From NCBI GenBank assembly GCA_964601735.1, contig CAZROO010000001.1, forward strand, positions 52,093 through 116,092: DNA of 64,000 bases, in the 5' to 3' direction. The number at the start of each line of letters is the position of its first letter. Within the stretch, counting starts at the first letter, position 1. The notes below the pieces were generated by a model that was not told the origin of the DNA, did not search any database, and saw only the letters and a program-made list of their open reading frames with translations. Positions 45,999-54,715 of the stretch are shown here, piece by piece. A program made the translations under genes and the position numbers. This DNA comes from an uncultured Pseudomonadales bacterium (lineage in GTDB: Bacteria; Pseudomonadota; Alphaproteobacteria; UBA2136; UBA6156).

Positions 45999-47774
45999 AT
46001 GACCCTCGGTCGCTTGTTCGCCTTTACTGCCTTGATTTCATTGGGCTTTGCTGCCTCTGCGCAGGCGCAAACCGGCGGCTCTTTCAGCTCCAACAACGCC
46101 TACCAGTTCGGCGGTATGCCGGGCTCTTTCGGCTATAACAACACCGGCAGCACCACCGTGTTCGATGCAGGCTTCCGCAATACCGGCGGCCTCAACCTGT
46201 TGGGCTGCGGCGGCATCGGTGCCTTCAATTTTATGAACACCACGTTCAACATGAACAACATCATCGACCAGCTCAAGCAGAACATGCAAACCATGCTGGC
46301 CAAGCAATTACTCATCCAGGCTATGAGTATTCCTCAGGTTTCCGCCATTTTTGATACATTGAACGCTTTCGGTAACGCGCGCTTCAGCCTGTTCAATCAG
46401 TCGTGCAACCTCGGCCAAATCAAAAAAGAAGCCCGCGAGAAGGTCATCAAGGCCTGCATCGATAATCACGGCGGCGACAGCGCTTCGGCTGCCGATAGAA
46501 CCACCTGCCAGCAGGACTTCGACAAGGACTCCAACATCGGCAAATTCGTTGCCACCGCGTTCAAGAACATTTGCGGTTTCGAAAACTTCAACCAAGCCAT
46601 CCGCCCCACCGCCTGCCGCGATGCCAACGGCAACGCCACGTCCTCCTGCGCCTTTATGGCCTTTATCCCTCAGGTTCGCCTCAACCTGAGTGGCGGGGTC
46701 GGTGGTAACAGCGGCAGCGCCATGTGCCAAACCAACTCTAATTATTACGGCACTCGCTCCGCCGCGCTGCCGCTGCAGTCGGTGTCGGATATCATGCGCA
46801 GCGTTTCCGATATTTTCATCGGTAAAGCCCAAAGCCAGATTGATGCCTACCGCACCAGCGGCTTAACCTATGCGCAACTCAAGGCGGCCCTTGCAAAACT
46901 GGAAGCACTCTGCGCGGCCAAGGATCCCAAGTGTACCAATGCGGCCAAATCTACGGCCGATTTGACCAATCCCGCCAGCCCCGGCTTCGTGCGCCTAGCC
47001 AAAATCGATTACCAGCAAACCAGCTTTGCCGATAGCACTTCGGGTAACAGTGATGCCACGATTGATTATTTCAAAAAGACCCACGGCATTACCGATACGA
47101 CCACGCCCAACTGCGACTTGGATCCGCTGTGCCACGCCAAGGCGTTGGATAACATTATCCGTGAAGATAATCCGTCGCTTAATCTGCCCAGCCTCGATCT
47201 CACCGATAACGACGTCAAGAATTTCACCAACAGTGTCAAAATTTCTGCTGATGGTGACGCTGGCTCGGCGGCCCAACTGAGTGGCGACGCGCAATCTGCC
47301 GCAAACCTTATGCAGATTGCCGCCACCTATTCTCTGGCCAAGGAAGCTAAAATCGATCTGAACCTGTTCGCCGACCAGGAATATATCAAGGGCCCTAACT
47401 GTGCGATGGCTCTGCGTAATGGGTTAGGGGCTCACGCCAGTCACTTGGCTAATATGGAGGTCTTCGGCACCTCGAAAGGCATGGCCTCCAAACTCCAACA
47501 GGAGAATAATTCCAAGCAAATCAAGCCGACCGGGAGCGATGGCAAGCCCATTACCGATACCGGCAATAACGATACGCTGATGGGCGATACGACTCAAAAG
47601 ACCTATAACAGCACCATCCAGGCCACTGTCCTCCGTTCTCTGGATGATAGTATCGCTGCCGAAAACCGCGCCTACCTCGGTATGCAGGACTGGGCCCGCC
47701 AGGCCGCCTCACGGGACGATTGCCGAATCACCACCGCTAACGCCGATTCTGACATGAGCGATATCGGTTTCTAA
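45999..47774 (+). CDS. TraH-like protein
   Basis: Signal peptide from ATG 45999. LLGCGGIGAFNFMNTTFNMNNIIDQLKQ resembles the TraH GGCGGID..FSFIN..Q motif. Confidence 0.55.
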   Translation: MTLGRLFAFTALISLGFAASAQAQTGGSFSSNNAYQFGGMPGSFGYNNTGSTTVFDAGFRNTGGLNLLGCGGIGAFNFMNTTFNMNNIIDQLKQNMQTMLAKQLLIQAMSIPQVSAIFDTLNAFGNARFSLFNQSCNLGQIKKEAREKVIKACIDNHGGDSASAADRTTCQQDFDKDSNIGKFVATAFKNICGFENFNQAIRPTACRDANGNATSSCAFMAFIPQVRLNLSGGVGGNSGSAMCQTNSNYYGTRSAALPLQSVSDIMRSVSDIFIGKAQSQIDAYRTSGLTYAQLKAALAKLEALCAAKDPKCTNAAKSTADLTNPASPGFVRLAKIDYQQTSFADSTSGNSDATIDYFKKTHGITDTTTPNCDLDPLCHAKALDNIIREDNPSLNLPSLDLTDNDVKNFTNSVKISADGDAGSAAQLSGDAQSAANLMQIAATYSLAKEAKIDLNLFADQEYIKGPNCAMALRNGLGAHASHLANMEVFGTSKGMASKLQQENNSKQIKPTGSDGKPITDTGNNDTLMGDTTQKTYNSTIQATVLRSLDDSIAAENRAYLGMQDWARQAASRDDCRITTANADSDMSDIGF

Positions 47775-47783
47775 CAAACCTTC

Positions 47784-47811
47784 TTGCCGCCAAGCCTGCC
47801 ACACCTGTAAT
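47784..47811 (+). promoter_or_regulatory. candidate promoter TTGCCG-N16-TGTAAT
   Basis: Shares ACCTGTAATC with the arrays at 36678 and 43558; 68 nt upstream of the 47879 start. Confidence 0.3.
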
Positions 47812-47878
47812 CAGCCGCTAGGCCTTGTCTCTTGGCGGCTTTCGCTTAATTGGCTAAGGTGCAGGTGGGGGATTAATT

Positions 47879-49978
47879 GTGGCTTTAACATCGCACATGC
47901 AAAATGCCGGAATGGACGGATTGCCGTTGCTCGGTCTGGCGCAATGCTGGCGGTTAAGTCGAGGTGAGCATCCTGCCCTCCCATCGGCAATCCCTCTCAT
48001 GGCCGCCTTGCCTGTATTTCCCCTGCCTGAGAAATGCGCCACCCTGGCTGCCGCCGACCTGCCCTTGGCTTTCGCTCATAGTGGTCACCACACCATGGTG
48101 GACCACGGCTACCTTTCCGCTACCAGTGAAGGTGAGGCCGATGTCTGGCCCCTCGCGCCGGTTTACGTGCGCGACCTCGCTGGCCGCATTCTCCACACCG
48201 GACTGCTGCCCATTGGCGATACGCCCGGCCCGCTCACGCCAGCTACCTGCGCTTTTATTCCCGCCGGTACGCCTGGCCTCGACCTGCTGGAAAAAACCTT
48301 CCTCGTGCACCTGCGCCGTCTGGAACTGGCCCCGTTGCCCGGCACGCCGCTGGCGGGGCATGAACGCCACTTGGCCCGTGCTATTTACCTAGCGCCGCAG
48401 CGCTACCCTTACAAACTGCGCATCGATAGTTTTTACCAGGACGGCTTTCGCTTGCCGCAACTCACCCGGTTGCATGTGCAGAATACCGAGCCTGCCACAT
48501 CGTCTGGTGCGGCGGCTGATTTCGCTGCGCGCTGGCAGCAGCGGCCCATTGGCCAGACCTACGACCAGTTTTACGAAGCCCAGGGTGGCCAAGCCTGGTA
48601 CGATAAGCTTTTTGGCCAAGGTTGCACGGTCATTCCCACTATCGAGGCCTACAATGGCTGGTATCAGGTCACCAGCGACTATGGCATGGCCGACGTCTGG
48701 CCGGGCCGCGCGGTAAGCGGCCTGCACCAGGTGGTGGGCGAGGAACCGGCGGACAGTCCGCCCGGTACCATCCTCAGCGTGGTCGAGCCCGGCTATGCCA
48801 CGCGCCAGTCGTTGCAGCCGGCCAAAGTCATCGTCAGTACCGGTGCCACCTATAAAAACATGGAAGGCCCGCGCCCGCTGCTGCCGGACCTCCGCCTGCC
48901 GCACCAGCGCACCGGCGGCCAGTGGGCCAGTACCTGGCTGCCCACCCACCCGGCGCATTTCGTGCAACCGGCGCTGTGGGACTGGGATGGCAACGGTAAC
49001 TTTGTGCAGGTCTCTGGCCCACTGTGGGATCCACTGCATTATACCTACACCAGCACGCCACAAATCCTGCGCGCCCTGCGCCGCCCGCGCGAAGATGCGC
49101 CCCATCTGGCCGACGTGCCGGAGGCGATGCAGCCGCGGTTTCATCCGGCTTGCGCTTTAATGGGGTACGATACCCCCAACCAGCGCACCGGGCAGGAGCG
49201 GGCCTATCGTTATCCTGCCGCATCGCCGCTGGCTGCCAGTGCGCTTGACCACGTCGCCCTGGGCCGCGAGGTTGCCGCCATCGGTTATCACCCGCTGCCG
49301 GCGGCGTTGGAGTACGAAATGGACGCTGCCACCGCGCCGGAGCTTTCGCCCGGTCGTTTTGGCGCTTGCCCTGCCACCGTGGCCGAGCGCCTGGCGCCGG
49401 TCATCAAGGCGCAAATGACAGGTGACGAGGCTCGCCGCCTGGCCGTGGGTGGCACCGACCCCGCCTGGCAGGTGGTCACGCATCCGCGCCTCTACCCCGC
49501 CAGCAGCGGCGAAACGTTCAAGGATTATCCACATCTTGGCCGGTTTGCCGAGAATTCACCGCCGTTGTCCGAACTGGCCAAAAGCCTGCCGGTATATTTG
49601 CCCGAACTGGCGCCTACCGAGCTGTTCCAGAACCTCAAGCGTATCTTCGGCAACAAGTCCTACCTGGCGGTGCTGGGGGCCGTAGGGGCGGGTGAGGGCT
49701 TTGTCGAAAAAATGCAGAACTGGCGCGAGGCCTCGCTTAGCGGGCGCCGCCTGCGTTACCGCCTGTGGCGCAAGCATCCAGCCTATTACGCTCAGCTTTG
49801 GGCTACCCTCCAAAAATTGGCCGAACCCACCGGTACCACCCTGCCGGAGCAGGAAAGCGCGATACTTGCCGCAATCTTAGGCCAGTTCAGCGTCCAAACC
49901 TTGCCCGCCAAGGCGGCTAAGGTAAAATCAACCACGGCCGACCCCGGCCCTAACGCCGCAGGCATAAACAGAGATTAA
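47879..49978 (+). CDS. large hypothetical protein (no TM, no recognisable domain)
   Basis: 699-aa ORF with coding-like composition between the traH-like and traB-like genes; GTG start is uncertain. Confidence 0.5.
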   Translation: MALTSHMQNAGMDGLPLLGLAQCWRLSRGEHPALPSAIPLMAALPVFPLPEKCATLAAADLPLAFAHSGHHTMVDHGYLSATSEGEADVWPLAPVYVRDLAGRILHTGLLPIGDTPGPLTPATCAFIPAGTPGLDLLEKTFLVHLRRLELAPLPGTPLAGHERHLARAIYLAPQRYPYKLRIDSFYQDGFRLPQLTRLHVQNTEPATSSGAAADFAARWQQRPIGQTYDQFYEAQGGQAWYDKLFGQGCTVIPTIEAYNGWYQVTSDYGMADVWPGRAVSGLHQVVGEEPADSPPGTILSVVEPGYATRQSLQPAKVIVSTGATYKNMEGPRPLLPDLRLPHQRTGGQWASTWLPTHPAHFVQPALWDWDGNGNFVQVSGPLWDPLHYTYTSTPQILRALRRPREDAPHLADVPEAMQPRFHPACALMGYDTPNQRTGQERAYRYPAASPLAASALDHVALGREVAAIGYHPLPAALEYEMDAATAPELSPGRFGACPATVAERLAPVIKAQMTGDEARRLAVGGTDPAWQVVTHPRLYPASSGETFKDYPHLGRFAENSPPLSELAKSLPVYLPELAPTELFQNLKRIFGNKSYLAVLGAVGAGEGFVEKMQNWREASLSGRRLRYRLWRKHPAYYAQLWATLQKLAEPTGTTLPEQESAILAAILGQFSVQTLPAKAAKVKSTTADPGPNAAGINRD

Positions 49979-50001
49979 CCAACAAAAAAGCCCCCACGCG
50001 C

Positions 50002-51510
50002 ATGGCTCCAGAACAAAACGGCCCGGAAATCACCCCCCGCCGCCCGGCCAAGGGCGGTGGTGCGGGCGGCATTCTGCAAAAGTTCCAGGAGCTTCCGCGC
50101 GCCGCGCAAGTGGCCATCGGTGTTGCGGTGTTTGGGTTGCTGTGGATGGTCTTTGGCGGCGGTCACGGCAACCAGCAGGCCGGTGGTACGCCCAACCAGA
50201 CCAGCACGCAGGCCATGAACGGTGGCCCGTCCTCCACTCAGGTGTTCAACGGGCTCGACAGCGACCGTCCGGTGCTGATGCAAAGCTGGCTCGAGCAATC
50301 GCGCCGCGATATGGCCAGTCTCAAGGAAACTATGGAAAAGCGCTTTCAGGAGCGCGACCAGGCCCTGAGCCAGGCATTGGAGCAGAATGCCCAAATGCAA
50401 AAGGAATCCCGTCAGATGATGGAGGATTTCACTACCGAAATTAAAAACCTGCAGGCCGAGAATGAAAACAATCAGGCGCAAATGCAGCAGCTCCAGGGCG
50501 AGCAAAAGAAAATGCAATTGGGTGAGCCGGTCGATGGTGCCACTCCCGGCGGGCAGGGGGCGTCGGGCACGCGTCGCGATAAAATCAATCAAACCCCTTT
50601 AGGTAGTGCCGGGGGCGTTAGTGTTCCCGGCAGCAAGGCTCTCCTGGCCCCGGTGGTTCGCCCGCTGCAAGGTGGGGTGGAAGGTGTGACCAGTGCGGTC
50701 GGTCTTACTGGTACCGCCCAGCCGTTACCGTTCATGCCGCCGCTCGGCTTTATCAAGGGTACCATGCTCAATGGGGTCGATGCGTTGGTCGGTGGTCAGG
50801 CCACGCCCGCGCTTATCCGTCTGCACGGCAGCTATAAAACCGCCATGAATACCACGGTCAACCTCGACGGTTGCATGGCCTTGGTCGAATTCCAGGGTGA
50901 TGTCTCCACTGAGCGCGCTGTCGGTAAACCCTCGCGCATGACTTGCGTGTATCCCGACATGGGGGCCGTTACCTACAGCCTGTCCGGTTATGTGGTCGAT
51001 GCCGAAGACGGCATCATCGGCGTGCCCGGTGTGTTCTACGAAGGCGATGCCAGCCGTATCGCCGCCGCCATGCTGGCCGATTTTGCCGCAGGCTTGTCCG
51101 AAGCCGTGCAGCAAAACCAGCAAAGCACCAACGTCGGCGCCTTTGGCAATACCACCAGTACGCTCACCGGCGGCCAAACCAAGGCGGCCATCGCGGGCGG
51201 GGTCGACAAAGCTACTAAGAGCCTGCGCGATTATCTGATGGAACGCGTCAACCGCGTGCTGCCGTTCGTGCGGCTCGACGCCACGCGCGAAATCAACATC
51301 GTCATGCTTTCGGGTGTCGAGCTCCGTCACGAAGGTGACCCCTGGACACTGTTGTTTGACGGTGAGGCCGCCGACCAGGCCCGCAATCAGGCGTTGCAAA
51401 GTGCTGCCAGTAATCCGCAGGCCGCTGCTGCCGCCAATTCAACCCAGCCTGCCGCCGGCCCGTCGGCAAACGGCGCCGTCGTTTTACCACCCGCGCAAGG
51501 AGCCCAATAA
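50002..51510 (+). CDS. traB: TraB-like (VirB10-family) protein
   Basis: N-terminal TM, coiled coil (NLQAENENNQAQMQQLQ), and a C-terminal beta domain GFIKGTMLNGVDA...CMALVEFQGDVSTERA..RMTCVYPDG as in F TraB. Confidence 0.65.
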   Translation: MAPEQNGPEITPRRPAKGGGAGGILQKFQELPRAAQVAIGVAVFGLLWMVFGGGHGNQQAGGTPNQTSTQAMNGGPSSTQVFNGLDSDRPVLMQSWLEQSRRDMASLKETMEKRFQERDQALSQALEQNAQMQKESRQMMEDFTTEIKNLQAENENNQAQMQQLQGEQKKMQLGEPVDGATPGGQGASGTRRDKINQTPLGSAGGVSVPGSKALLAPVVRPLQGGVEGVTSAVGLTGTAQPLPFMPPLGFIKGTMLNGVDALVGGQATPALIRLHGSYKTAMNTTVNLDGCMALVEFQGDVSTERAVGKPSRMTCVYPDMGAVTYSLSGYVVDAEDGIIGVPGVFYEGDASRIAAAMLADFAAGLSEAVQQNQQSTNVGAFGNTTSTLTGGQTKAAIAGGVDKATKSLRDYLMERVNRVLPFVRLDATREINIVMLSGVELRHEGDPWTLLFDGEAADQARNQALQSAASNPQAAAAANSTQPAAGPSANGAVVLPPAQGAQ

Positions 51511-51513
51511 GCC

Positions 51514-51951
51514 ATGAACCGTAAAATCGTCCTCACGCTCGCCACTGCCGCCACGCTGCTGGCCGGGTGTAAATACTACGGCAGTGCACTGCCGCCCGAA
51601 TATCCGCTGAGCATGGACGATGCCGCCGCCGTGGCGAACGACCAGGGCGGGGCCACTGGTGGCATGCAGCGTCCGGTGGTTAAAAAGGTTACCCGTCCGC
51701 GGGTCGAGCGCCCCAGCTATCTGCCGGAAAAGGAACTTGCCATCGTTAGCCCGCCCAAAACCCTGCTGGTGTGGACGTATCCGTATGTGTCCGACGACAA
51801 CACCCGCACTTTTGGCAGCTGGAGCACCATCTTCCTCACCGACCGTTATGAGTGGGTGCGCCCCTCCAACGCGCTGGGCGAGGGTGACGACGATGCCGGC
51901 ACCACCGCAGGCCGTCCCAACCTCACCATTCCACATAAACCCACGCAATAA
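51514..51951 (+). CDS. TraV-like lipoprotein
   Basis: Lipobox LLAGC; TLLVWTYPYVSDDNTRTFGSW matches the TraV R.WiaPw.D..g motif; traB-V-C order. Confidence 0.55.
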   Translation: MNRKIVLTLATAATLLAGCKYYGSALPPEYPLSMDDAAAVANDQGGATGGMQRPVVKKVTRPRVERPSYLPEKELAIVSPPKTLLVWTYPYVSDDNTRTFGSWSTIFLTDRYEWVRPSNALGEGDDDAGTTAGRPNLTIPHKPTQ

Positions 51952-51987
51952 CCGCATGGTAGTGCCGCAGAATAAAAAAAGAGACGC

Positions 51988-54585
51988 ATGAAAATCCAGG
52001 GGGACATCAATACGCCACTGCGACCGAATATGATCGGTGATCAGTTGCCGTACCTGGAGTTCAACGACGATGCCGAATCGCAATGGTATCGCGTCCACCT
52101 GCTGCAAGACGGCGGCCTGGGCATCTGCTGGCGCGGCCCGGTGCCCGCCAGTTACAGTCAGGACAGCGGCTACGAGCAAACCATCACCGAACTGCGTACC
52201 TTTATCGAAAGCCTGCCGGTTGATTACGAGGCCCAGTTGATTATCACCTCGCACAACGACCTCACCAAGCCGCTCAAGCGCTACCTCGCCGCTACGCCCA
52301 ACCTGCCCAAGGCCGCGCAGCTCCGGCAATCGCGGGCCGATAAACTATTCGAGTCCGGTCGCCGCGGCTACGCGGTGTCCGAGCGCGGCCACACCCGCCT
52401 GCGCGAAACCTACATGATCATTACCCTGCGCACGCCCGAACAAACCAAGCGCTTCGGTATTCTCGCGGTCATCATCGACATGCTGTTCCAGGCGTCGGCA
52501 CTCATCCTCACCAGCATCGGGCTCGACGTCAGCAAATATGTCGGCCATTTCCTTGACGACACCGTCAAGGGTATCATGGGCGAGTTCCGTGAGGCCATCA
52601 TGTCGGTCGAAAACACGCTCACCGACATGTTCGAGCTCGAGCGCATGCCACTGGCCGATTTGAAAGAACATTACTGGACTACCCTGGCGCCCAGCTACAA
52701 AGATCCACAGCAGAACGTCACTGTCGACCCGCTGCGCCCGTTCCGCGAGCAGGTGGTGCCGCTGCCGTTGGAAAACGATTTCGACATCATCAAGCTGGGC
52801 AATGACTACCACGGTGTCTGCATGCTGGCGATGATGCCCGATTCGGTGATGATGGATTACCTCGGTACCATCCGCCGCACCACGGTCAGCCAAACCACGT
52901 TCTTCTGCAACATCACCAGCTGCAGCCAGACGCTGGAAAAAGTCAAGCTCACCCTTAGCGCCGAGCTGCGCAAACGCATTGCCAGTGCCTTTAACCGCGA
53001 AGACGCCGACGTCTACGCGCAGGAAGCGTCGGAGACCAAAACCCGTTTGTTCAGCGGCCGCAAAATCGTCTACGTCATGGTCGGCATCATCGTCTCCGGC
53101 CACAGCCGCGACCAGGTCGAGGACGATCTCCTGCGCATCAACGCCCAGTTCAAAAAACTCTCGGTGGTGCCGGACGTCGAAAAAACAATGGCACTGCAGG
53201 CCGTCAGCTACAGTTGGCCGCTGGCCTGGCGCAAGGAGTTCTCCAGCCCGTTCGCCCGCACCCGCCGCGTGATTTCCGACGACATTGCCGACCTGCTGCC
53301 GGTGCACGGCCACTGGGGCGGCCACGGCATCCCCGGCACGCGGTACGAGAAAAACTCGCCGCAGGCCGCCTACGTCAACCGCGACGGCGAAATCACTTTC
53401 TTCGACCACACCAGCCCCGATTTCATGAACTGGCACTATGCCATTACCGGTACGTCCGGTTCCGGTAAAAGCTTCGCGGTAACCGACCTGGTGCTCCAGC
53501 TTTTCAGCGCGGGCATCGAAAAACAGTACCTGATGACCATCAAGGACGACTACGACCGCTTCGGCGAAACGATGGGCAAGCTCATTATCATCGACCTCGA
53601 CCGGCAGGACGTCTGCATCAACCCCTTCGCGGGCGAAATCTCCAAGCATCGTCTGCAGCAATGGGCTACCTCGGTCGAACTGATGATTCAGCGCGGCAAT
53701 TTCCAAACCTCGCGTGTCGAACAGCGCCTCATCGAGCAGGTGGTACAATATGCGTACGACATCGTCCCTGCCGACGACATCCTCCGTCCCACCTGGATTC
53801 AGCAGGCCTTCCTCAAATTCCCCTATGCCGACGAACCCAGCCGCGAAGCAGGCCACCAGATGGCACGCGAAATCGGCAGCTACTGCGAATCCGGCATCTA
53901 CGGCAGGCTCTTTGACGCCCCGCCCAGCTTCACCGAAAAAGACAAGCTGGTGGTCTTCAACTTGCAAAATGTGCTGAATGAGAAAATCGCCGACGTCATC
54001 ATCAACGCCATCTTCACCATGATTGATAACGTCATGTACACCGGCGACCGCGGCGAAAAGAAACATTTGCTGGTCGACGAAATGGTCAGCATGGTCAGCA
54101 GCAAGGGCGGCCCGGCGGTGGCCAACCAGCTCAAGCGAGCCTTCCGTACCTACCGCTCGCTCAACTGCATGTGCGGTATCGCCTCGCAAAACGAAGAAGA
54201 TCTCACCTCCGAAGTCGGCCAGGCCATCATCGGCAACATCACCAAGCGCATCATCCTCAAGCCGCGGCGCGAAATGATTCCGATGTTGATGCAAACCCTC
54301 GGCCTGCGCAGCCCGCGCCACCAGAGCAACATCGCGGGGCTCGATACCAAGCCCGGCTACTTCTCCGAATTCTACCTCATCAGCCCGCACGGCGAGGTGG
54401 TTTGCCGCCTCATCCCCGACCGGCTCACTTACGCCCTGGCCACCACCACGCCCGATGACGTCGCCGAAATCCGCCGTCTGCGTGAGGAATTCGACGGCAA
54501 CTGGTGGGATGCCACGGTTACGTTTGCCGAGCGCTACCCCCACGGCGTTCGCGCTGCTCGGGCCAAGGCTCAGCAGGTTCGTTAG
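51988..54585 (+). CDS. traC: TraC-like (VirB4-family) ATPase
   Basis: 865 aa. NWHYAITGTSGSGKSF parallels F TraC NYNMAVCGTSGAGKTG. Walker B HLLVDEMVSM. Confidence 0.85.
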   Translation: MKIQGDINTPLRPNMIGDQLPYLEFNDDAESQWYRVHLLQDGGLGICWRGPVPASYSQDSGYEQTITELRTFIESLPVDYEAQLIITSHNDLTKPLKRYLAATPNLPKAAQLRQSRADKLFESGRRGYAVSERGHTRLRETYMIITLRTPEQTKRFGILAVIIDMLFQASALILTSIGLDVSKYVGHFLDDTVKGIMGEFREAIMSVENTLTDMFELERMPLADLKEHYWTTLAPSYKDPQQNVTVDPLRPFREQVVPLPLENDFDIIKLGNDYHGVCMLAMMPDSVMMDYLGTIRRTTVSQTTFFCNITSCSQTLEKVKLTLSAELRKRIASAFNREDADVYAQEASETKTRLFSGRKIVYVMVGIIVSGHSRDQVEDDLLRINAQFKKLSVVPDVEKTMALQAVSYSWPLAWRKEFSSPFARTRRVISDDIADLLPVHGHWGGHGIPGTRYEKNSPQAAYVNRDGEITFFDHTSPDFMNWHYAITGTSGSGKSFAVTDLVLQLFSAGIEKQYLMTIKDDYDRFGETMGKLIIIDLDRQDVCINPFAGEISKHRLQQWATSVELMIQRGNFQTSRVEQRLIEQVVQYAYDIVPADDILRPTWIQQAFLKFPYADEPSREAGHQMAREIGSYCESGIYGRLFDAPPSFTEKDKLVVFNLQNVLNEKIADVIINAIFTMIDNVMYTGDRGEKKHLLVDEMVSMVSSKGGPAVANQLKRAFRTYRSLNCMCGIASQNEEDLTSEVGQAIIGNITKRIILKPRREMIPMLMQTLGLRSPRHQSNIAGLDTKPGYFSEFYLISPHGEVVCRLIPDRLTYALATTTPDDVAEIRRLREEFDGNWWDATVTFAERYPHGVRAARAKAQQVR

Positions 54586-54715
54586 GCCACGTTTACAAGC
54601 GAAGCGTTGCCCGTCTGGCACAGGCAAGAGACAAGCTTATAAAACTCTGCGATTTACGCATGCGCTTTATGCAACTCGTTCGAGACTTTGGCCTAAATTT
54701 TGCTATCCTTAAAAC

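Noticed and set aside
10705-54585. Assignment of the T4SS to the Dot/Icm (type IVB, IncI-like) class because of the associated type IVb pilus.
   Set aside because: The recognisable components are TraU, TraF-like, TraH, TraV, TraL/E/K/B/C-like, which are F/G-type hallmarks. No DotB, DotC, DotD or IcmK/E-like signatures were seen.
52345-54627. Very long antisense ORFs opposite the real genes. Examples: 52345-54627 (760 aa), 24634-26310 (558 aa), 37746-39293 (515 aa), 41028-42236, 12653-13693 and 27670-28776.
   Set aside because: These are typical high-GC shadow ORFs. Their translations are Arg/Gly/Ala/His-rich low complexity without motifs, whereas the opposite strand carries clear Walker, secretin or pilin signatures.
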